Source of the DNA: an uncultured Spirochaetales bacterium
GTDB taxonomy: Bacteria > Spirochaetota > Spirochaetia > Sphaerochaetales > Sphaerochaetaceae
Length of the DNA: 64,000 nucleotides
Assembly (NCBI GenBank): GCA_949300325.1
Contig: CASGDQ010000043.1
Location: 2,221 to 66,220 of the forward strand
Reading direction: 5' to 3'
Positions 53,181-61,840 of the stretch are shown here, piece after piece. The translations under genes and the position numbers were made by a program. Each line of letters opens with the position of its first letter. Position 1 is the first letter of the stretch. The notes under the pieces were generated by a model, which was not told the origin of the DNA, made no database searches, and saw only the letters and a program-made list of their open reading frames with translations.

Positions 53181-53974
53181 CCGAGTCTCTCCTTAGCATT
53201 TTCTTCCAATTCTTGTGATCTGTCGCTTGCAGCTTTCACTGCTTTATATAACGAGTTTGCAAATCCATTTTCTGCCAGCGCTTCCATTGCCCTGATTGTT
53301 GTCCCCGATGCCGAGCATATCGAAGGGATCAGTTCAGCCGGGCTTTTCTGCGTGATATCCAAAAGCGCGCATGATGAAATAAGCGTATCCTTTACAATCT
53401 GTGAGCTGACAGGATAGGGGATGCCGACGTTCGTCCCTGCCATAGCCGAGGCATTGATGAATTCGAGCGCATAGGCAATCAGCGATCCGGAAATCCCTAT
53501 GAACGCAGAGAAATTGCTTTCATCAAGCTCGAAGGCCGAGCCGAAGGATGAGGCGATTTTCAGTGCTGTCTTTTTGAAATCGTCATCTGCACCAAAAGGG
53601 AATGCGACGGCTGTAACGGCCTTTTTGGCCTTTGCAGCCATATTCGGCATGAATCTGGCTATGTTGTCCGTTGCAAGATTGCCGCAGAGGGAAGAAAGCG
53701 GAATGCCAGCAGCAATCGAGATATACTTCAATCCCGGTCTCTTGATCGAGGAAAGGAAATCCTTTGTCAGATATTGGGGTTTGATTGCAATTAAGAGAAT
53801 GTCTGCAGAATCCCGGGCCTCTTCAAGGCTTTTTGCCGCAGCTGCTCCAAGCACATTGCATTTTTCAGGAACGTTGTCATAAACAGCAACCTTGAAATCC
53901 TTGTTCTCGGCAAGAGCCGAGGCGATCGAGGAGCCCATGTTGCCACAGCCGATAATGGAAATTCTGATCATCAT
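53177..53974 (-). CDS. proC: Pyrroline-5-carboxylate reductase
   Basis: N-terminal IGCGNMGSSIA Rossmann motif and a C-terminal dimerisation domain (SASGTTIRAMEAL). Start set at MMIRISIIG, after GGGAGGG. Confidence 0.85.
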   Translation of the reverse strand: MMIRISIIGCGNMGSSIASALAENKDFKVAVYDNVPEKCNVLGAAAAKSLEEARDSADILLIAIKPQYLTKDFLSSIKRPGLKYISIAAGIPLSSLCGNLATDNIARFMPNMAAKAKKAVTAVAFPFGADDDFKKTALKIASSFGSAFELDESNFSAFIGISGSLIAYALEFINASAMAGTNVGIPYPVSSQIVKDTLISSCALLDITQKSPAELIPSICSASGTTIRAMEALAENGFANSLYKAVKAASDRSQELEENAKERLG

Positions 53975-54474
53975 CCCTCCCATGTAAGACGGTGCAGGTT
54001 TCCGGAGAGCCTGAAATTCGGAAATCCGGTCTGCCTGAGCGCTTCATATACGGCGATAGCCACAGAATTGGAAAGGTTGAGGCTTCTTATGTCATTGAGC
54101 ATGGGGATGCGCACGACATCCTCCTTGTATCTGACAAGAATCTCTTCCTCGATTCCGCGGCTTTCCTTGCCGAAGATCAGATATATCTCCTGATCTCTTG
54201 GATATTCTACATCAGTGTAGACTTTTTGTCCTTTGGTTGAAAAGAAAAAGAGCCTGTCTTTGCCGTGTTTTTCAAGAAAACTGCCGACATTGTCATATTC
54301 GGTTATTTCTACGTCCTTCCAATAGTCCAATCCTGCATGCCGTACGGCTTTTTCAGATATGTCGAAACCCAAAGGATGCACGAGATGGAGCTTTGCCCCT
54401 GTGGCCGCGCAGGTCCTGGCGATGTTGCCGGTGTTCTGGGGAATTTCCGGTTCGAAAAGACAGACATTCAGCAT
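53971..54474 (-). CDS. trmL: tRNA (cytidine/uridine-2'-O)-methyltransferase TrmL (SpoU/TrmH family)
   Basis: 167 aa. LFEPEIPQNTGNIARTCAATG and IPM...RSLNLSNSVAIAVYEALRQ match TrmL/YibK over the full length. Confidence 0.9.
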   Translation of the reverse strand: MLNVCLFEPEIPQNTGNIARTCAATGAKLHLVHPLGFDISEKAVRHAGLDYWKDVEITEYDNVGSFLEKHGKDRLFFFSTKGQKVYTDVEYPRDQEIYLIFGKESRGIEEEILVRYKEDVVRIPMLNDIRSLNLSNSVAIAVYEALRQTGFPNFRLSGNLHRLTWEG

Positions 54475-54480
54475 GTGGAC

Positions 54481-54509
54481 AATATACTACTTTAAGCCCT
54501 CTTGCTCAA
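54481..54509 (-). promoter_or_regulatory. Putative promoter of trmL-proC-serS-pncB; -10 only 6 nt from the ATG (leaderless candidate)
   Basis: Minus strand reads TTGAGC (54509-54504), 17-nt spacer, TATATT (54486-54481), GTCCAC, ATG. No SD. Confidence 0.5.
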
Positions 54510-54530
54510 GTTTCGCACCTCTGATAGATT
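54502..54530 (+). promoter_or_regulatory. Putative uppP promoter with extended -10, 6 nt from the ATG (leaderless candidate)
   Basis: TTGCTC (54502-54507), 17-nt spacer, TGaTAGATT (54522-54530), TTTATC, ATG at 54537. No SD. Confidence 0.5.
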
Positions 54531-54536
54531 TTTATC

Positions 54537-55340
54537 ATGGAATTTCTGAAAGTAGCGGTATTAGGTTTGATCCAAGGGATCACGGAATGGCTGCCGATAA
54601 GCAGCACCGGACATCTGCTTCTTGCCGATGAATTCATACACCTTGCAGGAAGCGAGGATTTCAAGTCGGTTTTCTGGGTTGTCGTCCAGCTTGGTTCCGT
54701 TTTGGCCGTCCTGGTCCTTTACTGGGATGTCTTGAGCCCTTTCAAGCAGGATAGGATCGAGAGAAATAGGGCCTTTTCCTTATGGGCTAAAGTCCTGGTT
54801 GCCACAATACCGGCAGGAATTGCAGGCCTTTTCTTGGATGATCTGATCGATTCCAAGCTGTCGGTTTGGCCTGTCATTTCCGCAGCTCTTTTCATTTATG
54901 GCATCCTATATATCGTGGTAGAAAGGAAAATAAGGATAAAGACGAGGATAAAAGATATCGATGCGGTAGGATATAAGGATGCATTGAAGCTTGGACTATT
55001 TCAGATGCTTGCCTTGATTCCAGGAACAAGCCGCAGCGGCTCGACAATTCTTGGAGGAATGCTTTTGGGCTTTGATAGGACTGTGGCTGCCAAGTTTTCT
55101 TTTTTCATGGCATTGCCGGTCATGGCAGGAGCCTCGCTGCTACGCCTTTTGAAGCATGGCCTCGGCTTTTCCTCATACGAATGGACTTTGATCGGCTTTG
55201 GAACCCTGGTTTCCTTCATCGTTTCCCTCGTGGTCATCAAGAAGCTTGTCGATTACGTAAGAAAGCATGATTTTGCACCGTTCGGCGTTTACAGGATCGT
55301 CCTCTCAGCTCTTGTCGTCCTTTATTTCGGAATCCTCTAG
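54537..55340 (+). CDS. uppP: Undecaprenyl-diphosphate phosphatase
   Basis: 267 aa with GITEWLPISSTGHL and PGTSRSGSTI motifs (BacA/UppP). Confidence 0.9.
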   Translation: MEFLKVAVLGLIQGITEWLPISSTGHLLLADEFIHLAGSEDFKSVFWVVVQLGSVLAVLVLYWDVLSPFKQDRIERNRAFSLWAKVLVATIPAGIAGLFLDDLIDSKLSVWPVISAALFIYGILYIVVERKIRIKTRIKDIDAVGYKDALKLGLFQMLALIPGTSRSGSTILGGMLLGFDRTVAAKFSFFMALPVMAGASLLRLLKHGLGFSSYEWTLIGFGTLVSFIVSLVVIKKLVDYVRKHDFAPFGVYRIVLSALVVLYFGIL

Positions 55341-56483
55341 ACTTCTTGCCTTGATAAGGCGGGAGCCTTTCTTATTGAGCTCCAAAATCGTTTTTTCGAG
55401 TTTTCTTTCCTTTTCCTTCTTTTGTGCAAAAAGCTCCGGCTGTTCCACTTCTTCTGCTTCGTAAACGCTTGAGAGCACCAGGCCAAGAAGGCGGACTCCG
55501 TTATTGTTGTATTTTTCCCTTAAAAGCTTTTTTGCTATTTTAAAGATGTCGTTGGAGCTGTAGATCGCTTCTTCAGGGGTTGTCTGGTAAGTGAATGTCG
55601 AGAAATCGCCGTATCTGAGCTTTATTCCGATCGTCCTGGGAATGACCTTTTCCTCCAAAGCCCTGAAAGAGAGTTCCTGGGACATTTCAAAAAGGAAATC
55701 CTCGAGAGCGTCTATGCTGTATAAATCAGGATAGTACGTGCTTTCCGTAGATATGGAATGGCTTTTTGCTTCTCCCTGGTAGATGCCGGGATCCTTTGCT
55801 CTTGCAACGGAATAAAGATATTCTGATAGGCTTTCCCCGAACAGCTGCCTCAATTTTTCTTTCGGCACCTGCCTTAACAGGCTCGTACTTGTTATTCCTT
55901 TATTCATGAGCCTGCTGTAGGTCCTGTCCCCGATTCCCCAAAGCTTTTTCAGTCCTACTTTGTCTATGAATTCGATTTCCCTTGCAGGCGGGACGATCGT
56001 AAGCCCGTCCGGTTTATGATAGTCTGAGGCCATTTTTGCAAGAAAACGGGAGGATGCGACGCCGATCGATACTGTAAGCCCGGTTTTATCGAATATTTCC
56101 GTTTTTAATTTCCTTGCACCTTTTCCCGGAAGCCCATGGATGATCTCCATTCCGCTTATGTCCAAAAACGCCTCATCGATGGAAACCTGCAGAAAACCGG
56201 GAGCAAAAGCCCTGATTATATTCATCACCTCGACGCTTTTCTCATGGTATCGTCTGCCTCTCGGAGTAACGACTATGGCGTTCGGACAGAGCTTGAGCGC
56301 CGTTACCATGGGCATCGCCGAATGAACGCCGTATTTTCTGGCTTCATAAGAACAGGTGGAAACTACGCTTCTCGGGCCCTCGTGCCCGATTATGAGAGGC
56401 TTGCCGGCATAGCTTGGATTGTCAAGGATTTCCACGGAAGCGAAAAAAGCATCTAGATCTATGTGGAGGAATACCTGTGACAT
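55305..56483 (-). CDS. dinB: DNA polymerase IV (Y-family)
   Basis: FLHIDLDAFFASVE, SIDEAFLD and the little-finger region. I preferred the ATG at 56483 (MSQVFLHIDLD) to the TTG at 56501. Confidence 0.9.
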   Translation of the reverse strand: MSQVFLHIDLDAFFASVEILDNPSYAGKPLIIGHEGPRSVVSTCSYEARKYGVHSAMPMVTALKLCPNAIVVTPRGRRYHEKSVEVMNIIRAFAPGFLQVSIDEAFLDISGMEIIHGLPGKGARKLKTEIFDKTGLTVSIGVASSRFLAKMASDYHKPDGLTIVPPAREIEFIDKVGLKKLWGIGDRTYSRLMNKGITSTSLLRQVPKEKLRQLFGESLSEYLYSVARAKDPGIYQGEAKSHSISTESTYYPDLYSIDALEDFLFEMSQELSFRALEEKVIPRTIGIKLRYGDFSTFTYQTTPEEAIYSSNDIFKIAKKLLREKYNNNGVRLLGLVLSSVYEAEEVEQPELFAQKKEKERKLEKTILELNKKGSRLIKARSLEDSEIKDDKS

Positions 56484-56489
56484 GGCATA

Positions 56490-56498
56490 ATGATACCA
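56490..56498 (-). promoter_or_regulatory. Extended -10 element TGGTATCAT 6 nt upstream of the dinB ATG
   Basis: Minus strand reads TGGTATCAT-TATGCC-ATG. No SD. Confidence 0.45.
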
Positions 56499-56513
56499 CA
56501 AAGGCGCTTTTTC

Positions 56514-56522
56514 TGTTATATT
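56514..56522 (+). promoter_or_regulatory. Extended -10 element TGTTATATT 7 nt upstream of the ATG at 56530
   Basis: TGtTATATT-CTTTCAT-ATG. No SD. Confidence 0.45.
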
Positions 56523-56529
56523 CTTTCAT

Positions 56530-57552
56530 ATGAGGAAGATTCTTGCACTAGCCGTCCTATCTTTCGTTTTCCTGTCAACCCTTCCTGCGAAGGCGTATGG
56601 ATACGATAATTTTTCCAACTCGGCTTTGTATGTTCCTTCCTATTCGGACAGATTTTTCGATTCCCTGATAAATCCCGCTGCCTTGAGCCGGGTCGAGAGC
56701 GATAACATCTTCTATTTCACAACCATAATCTCCGAGGACTGGGATACAAAGGAGATCAAATCAGGCGGCCCGCTTTCCTATCTTCAGAACCTGAATACGG
56801 AGATGATCGTCTCATTTGTCGGAAACAACCTCAGCTTGAGTGCTATCGCCAATACCTATTTTGGCTCCCGCAATGTCGAGGATGGCAAGCTGAGCATGAA
56901 CGTCTACAACACATTTGGTATAGATCTGAACTGGTCTTATGGGTTTCCTTATGTTTCTTTGGGCATGAGAATCAAAGGCGGAAACACCCTCATAAGACGC
57001 AACAAAAGCATAAGCAGCATCTTCAATGCTATCGAGAACGCCTATTTTTCCCAATTTGAGAACACCAGCGGCATGGAGTATTTCTCGATAGGCGCTTCTG
57101 TTTCAGTCGAGGTAGGTTTTTTTGAATCGGCAATAATGTTCGATGACATCGTTTCTTTAAAGGATTCGGATCTCTATTTCGGCTGGGATTCCTTTTTGGA
57201 TTCCATGGTTCTGTCTTTCTCCCTGCGCTATCCTGAATTCACCAAGCGCGGCAATCTCAATTTCTGCCGCCCAAGGATCGGATTTGCCGTTAAGGGAAAT
57301 CCTATTGGAAAGATGGAGATCACAGCAAATGCGGAGCTGCAGTTCCAGATGCTTCCTGACTTTGATTTCAATGTCGCCTTCGGCTACAAGGAGATAGATC
57401 ACGATCTTTTCGACTTCGATGCCTCCAACGGCCTTATGATGTTCGCTTTGGAGCTGCAGGGCGCCTCCTATTCGATAAGAGCCATGTGCAACGTGGATAC
57501 CGCCACGTTCAGCCGCGTGTTCCCGACCATATCATTCACTCTTGCAAGATGA
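56530..57552 (+). CDS. Hypothetical secreted / outer-membrane-type protein
   Basis: Signal peptide MRKILALAVLSFVFLSTLPAKA-YG. Aromatic-rich alternating pattern and a C-terminal ...ISFTLAR. No family recognised. Confidence 0.4.
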   Translation: MRKILALAVLSFVFLSTLPAKAYGYDNFSNSALYVPSYSDRFFDSLINPAALSRVESDNIFYFTTIISEDWDTKEIKSGGPLSYLQNLNTEMIVSFVGNNLSLSAIANTYFGSRNVEDGKLSMNVYNTFGIDLNWSYGFPYVSLGMRIKGGNTLIRRNKSISSIFNAIENAYFSQFENTSGMEYFSIGASVSVEVGFFESAIMFDDIVSLKDSDLYFGWDSFLDSMVLSFSLRYPEFTKRGNLNFCRPRIGFAVKGNPIGKMEITANAELQFQMLPDFDFNVAFGYKEIDHDLFDFDASNGLMMFALELQGASYSIRAMCNVDTATFSRVFPTISFTLAR

Positions 57553-58584
57553 TCATTTAAGAGGCAGCCTGAGCGTGAATACCGCGCCTTTGCCAAGCTC
57601 GCTTTCGACCGTTATGGTCCCTCCGTGCAGTATGGCGATATGCCTTACGATCGCTAAGCCCAGCCCTGTGCCTCCGCTTGCACGGCTTCTGGCCTTGTCG
57701 ACCCTGTAGAACCGTTCGAAGATCCTCACCTGGTCCTCATGGGCTATTCCGCATCCCTGGTCGCGTACGCTTATATATACGTTCGCATCCTTTTTCCATG
57801 TTACAATCTCTACTTTCGAGTTCTCGTTCGAATAGTTTATTGCGTTGACTACAAGGTTGATCAGAGCCTGCACGATCAAAGAGCTGTTGCAGAGCACCTC
57901 CAGCTGGTCGCTTTGCATCTCGATTGTTATGTTCTTGCTTTGCGCTTTATAAAGGGTGTAGCTTATCACTTCGCTTATGATCTTCCTTATATCTGTCTTC
58001 TCCATTGTTGGAAGCACTTCGGACCTGTCAAGGCTTGTAAGCAGCAGGAGATCGGAAAGTATATGCTCCATGTGGGTGCTGTTCTTGTGGATGATCTTTG
58101 CAAAATATTTCATTTCCTCTTCGCTCAGCTTCTCTTCGCTGATCGTCTCGGAAAATCCTACGATCGCAGTCAGCGGGGTCTTCAGCTCGTGCGAGGCGTT
58201 TGAGATGAAATCCTGACGGACCATCGCCAGACGCTCTTCTTTTGTGACGTTCCTGAGCATGACTAATGTTTCGTTTGACGAGTTTCTTACAAGGTGGATG
58301 TTGTAGTTGAGCTCCCTGCCTTTTCCATGAAGGTATGCATCGTTGCCTATGTACTGCTTGTAGATCACTAGGCGGAAATCCTCGGCCTCCTTCTTTTCAA
58401 ATATGTCATCCAGGGCTTTCTTCATTCTTGAGGATGGGATCGCCTTTTCGATGTTTATTCCCAAAAGCGAGGATTTGAATATCTTTCTCGCACTGTCGTT
58501 CTCAAAAGTAACGTCCCTCTTCTTGTTTACGAGCAATATCCCGTCATCCAGGGAGTTTATTATCCTTAAAAGCTTTTTATCCAC
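57553..58584 (-). CDS. Cytoplasmic PAS-domain sensor histidine kinase (PhoR-like core)
   Basis: No TM segment. PAS-like N-terminus, H-box SNASHELKTPLTAI, N box (LVVNAINYS) and G boxes (DQGCGI, GGTGLGLAI). Confidence 0.85.
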   Translation of the reverse strand: MDKKLLRIINSLDDGILLVNKKRDVTFENDSARKIFKSSLLGINIEKAIPSSRMKKALDDIFEKKEAEDFRLVIYKQYIGNDAYLHGKGRELNYNIHLVRNSSNETLVMLRNVTKEERLAMVRQDFISNASHELKTPLTAIVGFSETISEEKLSEEEMKYFAKIIHKNSTHMEHILSDLLLLTSLDRSEVLPTMEKTDIRKIISEVISYTLYKAQSKNITIEMQSDQLEVLCNSSLIVQALINLVVNAINYSNENSKVEIVTWKKDANVYISVRDQGCGIAHEDQVRIFERFYRVDKARSRASGGTGLGLAIVRHIAILHGGTITVESELGKGAVFTLRLPLK

Positions 58585-59268
58585 TTATATTTCCGTCCAC
58601 TTGTATCCAACACCCCATACAGTCTGGATGTTCTGTCCCAGGTGTACGAGCTTTTTTCTGATGCTTGTTATCTGTACGTCGATGCTTCTTTCTGTTACCG
58701 CATAATCCTGCCCCCGCACGCTTTCTATGAGCTCTTTTCTGGTGAACACCTTCTCCGGAGAGGAAAGCAGGGTAAAGAGGATGTCGAACTCGGTCACTTT
58801 CAAGTCGATCCTTGCTCCCAGCAGCGTGCAGGTCCTTGTTTTCTGATCCAATTCCAATCCGCTCGGGCTCGATGCATTCATGTTCGCATTGTCCGTGGTA
58901 TCTACTCTCCTGAGCACCGATTTGATCTTGGCAAGCAGCACCCTCGGGCTGAAAGGCTTGGTCATATAATCATCCGCTCCAAGCTCGAGTGCCGTGATTA
59001 TGTCCACATCCTCTGTAAGGGCGCTGGTGATTATAACCGGAAGTTTCTTGTTGCGGGATTCGTAACGTATGTATTTCAAGATGTCGATGCCGTTTGTTCC
59101 TGGAAGCATTATATCAAGGATGATAAGATCGTATTTGTTGTTTCTCAGCTTATCCAGCGCTTCATCGCCGTTTTCGGCGCTTTCGGTTTCAAATCCTCCG
59201 TTTTTCAAATGGAAAAGGATCAATGTCCTGATGTCCGTTTCATCTTCAACGACAAGTATTTTCATCAT
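58585..59268 (-). CDS. OmpR/PhoB-family response regulator
   Basis: Start at MMKILVVEDE (59268); the 113-codon ORF-track extension is not protein-like. Receiver (DLIILDIMLPG, K in MTKPF) plus a winged-helix output domain (VWGVGYKW). Confidence 0.85.
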   Translation of the reverse strand: MMKILVVEDETDIRTLILFHLKNGGFETESAENGDEALDKLRNNKYDLIILDIMLPGTNGIDILKYIRYESRNKKLPVIITSALTEDVDIITALELGADDYMTKPFSPRVLLAKIKSVLRRVDTTDNANMNASSPSGLELDQKTRTCTLLGARIDLKVTEFDILFTLLSSPEKVFTRKELIESVRGQDYAVTERSIDVQITSIRKKLVHLGQNIQTVWGVGYKWTEI

Positions 59269-59273
59269 CAGAA

Positions 59274-59282
59274 ATGATACCA
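59274..59282 (-). promoter_or_regulatory. Extended -10 element TGGTATCAT 5 nt upstream of the response-regulator ATG
   Basis: Minus strand reads TGGTATCAT-TTCTG-ATGATG. The 9-mer is identical to the one before dinB. No SD. Confidence 0.45.
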
Positions 59283-59328
59283 TAACTTGACGTGGAAAAA
59301 AACCGCATGATGATGTAAATTCTATATC

Positions 59329-60441
59329 ATGCTGGCTGTGATAGGTTTTGATTACAAGGATGATGTTTCTCTCATACGGGAAATCTATAATTTGGAATAT
59401 GAGCAGAGGATTGCTGTTGAAAAGAGAATCTACAAGGAAAACAGGCCGGAAGCTCTTGCAATGCTGATCACCTGCACCAGAGTTGAATTCTATTTTGTCT
59501 CCGATAGGATGCTCTCCTTTGAAAGCGCAGAGCGTGCTCTCGGACTGAATCACCTTGAGGCCGCAAAGCATAGGTATCAGCTGGAGGAGAGGGAGGCTGC
59601 AATCCATCTGTATGAGCTTTCCTCCGGAATACTTTCTCCTCTTTTCGGTGAGGATACGATAGTATCTCAGATTTCTGAAGCTCTTGAACGCTCCATTTTT
59701 GTCGGACAGGGCTCAGGAGCGCTCAATCGCCTCCTTTCCTCAGCAATCTCCTTTTCACGCAATCTGAGAAAGGATAGGAAAATCAGGGTATTCGATTCTT
59801 CGATATCCTCTGCCGTCCTTCAGAAACTGGAAAAAGCCTCGTCTGTGCTGGTGATCGGAAGCGGGGAGCTTGCAAGACTTGTAACATCGGCTCTTTTGAA
59901 GGAAGGGAAAAAAGTGTTCATGACGCTGAGGGATATGGATAAGACCTTTCTCCTTGTGCCGGGTGCTGTTGCCGTCAGCTACAGCGAGCGCAGGATGTGG
60001 TTTGAGAAAGCCGATGCCGTAATAAGCGCTTCAAGCGGTTTATATTATACAATTGAAGAATCTGATATTCCGAGTTTGGAAGGTAAAGTATTAATAGACC
60101 TTGCTATTCCATATGATATTCCCACCGCTCTTGATCCAATAAGGCTTGAAGATCTGGATATCGACACTCCTGGACGCAATGAAGTTGTAAAGTATGTATC
60201 CTCCTATGCAAAAAACGCAAGTGACGACTTTTTTTCCAATCTCGATTTTCTTGATATCGATTTAAGGGCTCAGGATGTCTCCTTGGAGGTTGTGCGCCGC
60301 ATGCATGGGCATGTGGAAAAGCTTGATGCCCTTTCTGCGGCGCAGAAGAAAAGCCTTCTTGAGAGCATAGGAGACTCGGTCAAGAAGGCCTACATAGCCA
60401 AGCAGAGGCAATTTCAGAAAACAAGGAAGTCGTTGGAATAG
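59329..60441 (+). CDS. hemA: Glutamyl-tRNA reductase-like protein (divergent HemA homolog)
   Basis: Co-linear with HemA: ITCTRVEFY (vs STCNRxELY, catalytic Cys kept), HLYELSSGILSPLFGEDTIVSQI, NADPH loop VIGSGELA, ADAVISASSG, LIDLAIPYDI. The N-terminal HKTAP-type motif is not conserved (DYKDD). Confidence 0.6.
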   Translation: MLAVIGFDYKDDVSLIREIYNLEYEQRIAVEKRIYKENRPEALAMLITCTRVEFYFVSDRMLSFESAERALGLNHLEAAKHRYQLEEREAAIHLYELSSGILSPLFGEDTIVSQISEALERSIFVGQGSGALNRLLSSAISFSRNLRKDRKIRVFDSSISSAVLQKLEKASSVLVIGSGELARLVTSALLKEGKKVFMTLRDMDKTFLLVPGAVAVSYSERRMWFEKADAVISASSGLYYTIEESDIPSLEGKVLIDLAIPYDIPTALDPIRLEDLDIDTPGRNEVVKYVSSYAKNASDDFFSNLDFLDIDLRAQDVSLEVVRRMHGHVEKLDALSAAQKKSLLESIGDSVKKAYIAKQRQFQKTRKSLE

Positions 60442-61274
60442 ACTGCTTTTTCTCCTTTTTTAAGTTTTCTTGTCTCTTTCATCTTTTCTATATTCTTTTC
60501 CCTCTTCGTATCTCCGAATGAAAGCATGGGTTCAAGACATAGGAACTGGGCATGCTTGTTAAGAGTTGTCCAAAGGGTAAATGTAGTCATATCCCCAAGG
60601 CATGCCGTAACGCCGTGTTCTCCAGCAGAGGAGGTGAGCGTCACCTCGCGGCTTTTAACATTGTCAAGCACGATCGGACCTTTGTCTGTCTCGCTTCTTT
60701 TAAGATCGATGGAGTCTCCTGTAAGGAAATCCTTCTCGAAAACGAATACTCCGTCCTTTGCATATTTGCGGTCAAGATGTTCCTCAAGCTCGAAGCTTGC
60801 AGTATAAGTTTCAAGATCGCATCCCTTGCCGTTGATATCAAGACTGAATGCAGGGTGCCAGCCAAAAGTGTAATAAAGGTCGTCCTTCGCATCAATTTCA
60901 GCTCTTGCGTTATATCCGTTTTCTAAAAGCGTGTAGCGCACCGTTAAAATAAAGCCATAGGGATAGTATTCTGTTCTCGTTTTTTCAGAGTCCTCCAATC
61001 TGAACTCGGCCCAGTCCTTTCCTTTGTCTAGCAAAGTGAATTCCGTATCGCGGGCAAATCCGTTGTTAGGCATACTGTATTCCTTTTCTCCAACCCATAT
61101 CTTGTCATTAAGAGTTGGTCCGATCATCGGAAAGAGAAGGGGAGCACGGCGGAACCAGTATTCCTTGTCTCCCTGCCAGAGGTATTCGCGCCCTTCGAAT
61201 TTCAGGCTCTGAGGTTCTGCCCCGAGCGTTGAGATAATCATCTCGATCTTTTCATTGCTGATTGTAATGTTCAT
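60414..61274 (-). CDS. Aldose 1-epimerase (galactose mutarotase-like) family protein
   Basis: 286 aa with a LGAEPQSL...YLWQGD...W.RRAPLLFPMIG pattern and GWHPAF. A perfect extended -10 TGTTATAAT lies on the minus strand at 61297-61305, with SD AAGGA. Confidence 0.7.
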   Translation of the reverse strand: MNITISNEKIEMIISTLGAEPQSLKFEGREYLWQGDKEYWFRRAPLLFPMIGPTLNDKIWVGEKEYSMPNNGFARDTEFTLLDKGKDWAEFRLEDSEKTRTEYYPYGFILTVRYTLLENGYNARAEIDAKDDLYYTFGWHPAFSLDINGKGCDLETYTASFELEEHLDRKYAKDGVFVFEKDFLTGDSIDLKRSETDKGPIVLDNVKSREVTLTSSAGEHGVTACLGDMTTFTLWTTLNKHAQFLCLEPMLSFGDTKREKNIEKMKETRKLKKGEKAVYSNDFLVF

Positions 61275-61349
61275 CTTTTTTTCCTTACAGCAAGGATTAT
61301 AACATAAAGATGCTGGGATTGCTTTTAAAATCAGGTTATTATCTTTTTC

Positions 61350-61808
61350 ATGGCTGAAGTGAAAATAATATCGGGAGAGCGCAACAGCGGAAAGACTGCT
61401 TTTATTAAAAAACTGCTTGAATCCGGCTTACCTGCCGAAGGCTTTATTACTGTGGCCTTGGATGAGAAAAAGGATGTATTATACCTTCAGGACATAGCTT
61501 CAGGAGAAAGACGTCTTTTGATGGAGGCATCCTGCTGGAAGAAAAATAAAATAGGGCGGTACAGGTTCTACCCATCGACATTCAAATGGGCTGAAAAAAA
61601 GCTCTCGCAAGCTGTATCCGGAATAGTCGTCCTTGACGAGGTCGGACGTCTGGAGCTGTCAGGAAGAGGTTTTGACAGCCTTATGAGGAAACTGCTTTGT
61701 AAGGACGTCGAACTATATGTTTCAGTCAGAAAAGACTATATTGAGAGCGTAGTTGGGCACTATGGCCTATCTTCCTATCAATTAATTGAAATAAAAAGAG
61801 ATGCTTGA
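61350..61808 (+). CDS. Small P-loop NTPase (THEP1/DUF2478-like)
   Basis: 152 aa with Walker A GERNSGKT and Walker B VVLDEVG. TATTAT lies 7 nt before the ATG and there is no SD. Confidence 0.55.
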   Translation: MAEVKIISGERNSGKTAFIKKLLESGLPAEGFITVALDEKKDVLYLQDIASGERRLLMEASCWKKNKIGRYRFYPSTFKWAEKKLSQAVSGIVVLDEVGRLELSGRGFDSLMRKLLCKDVELYVSVRKDYIESVVGHYGLSSYQLIEIKRDA

Positions 61809-61840
61809 TTTGTTATCCATCATAATAAACTGTTTGGTCC

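Noticed and set aside
52350-53417. 355-aa plus-strand ORF across serS and proC
   Set aside because: It lies antisense to two unambiguous housekeeping genes and crosses their junction. No SD and no family resemblance.
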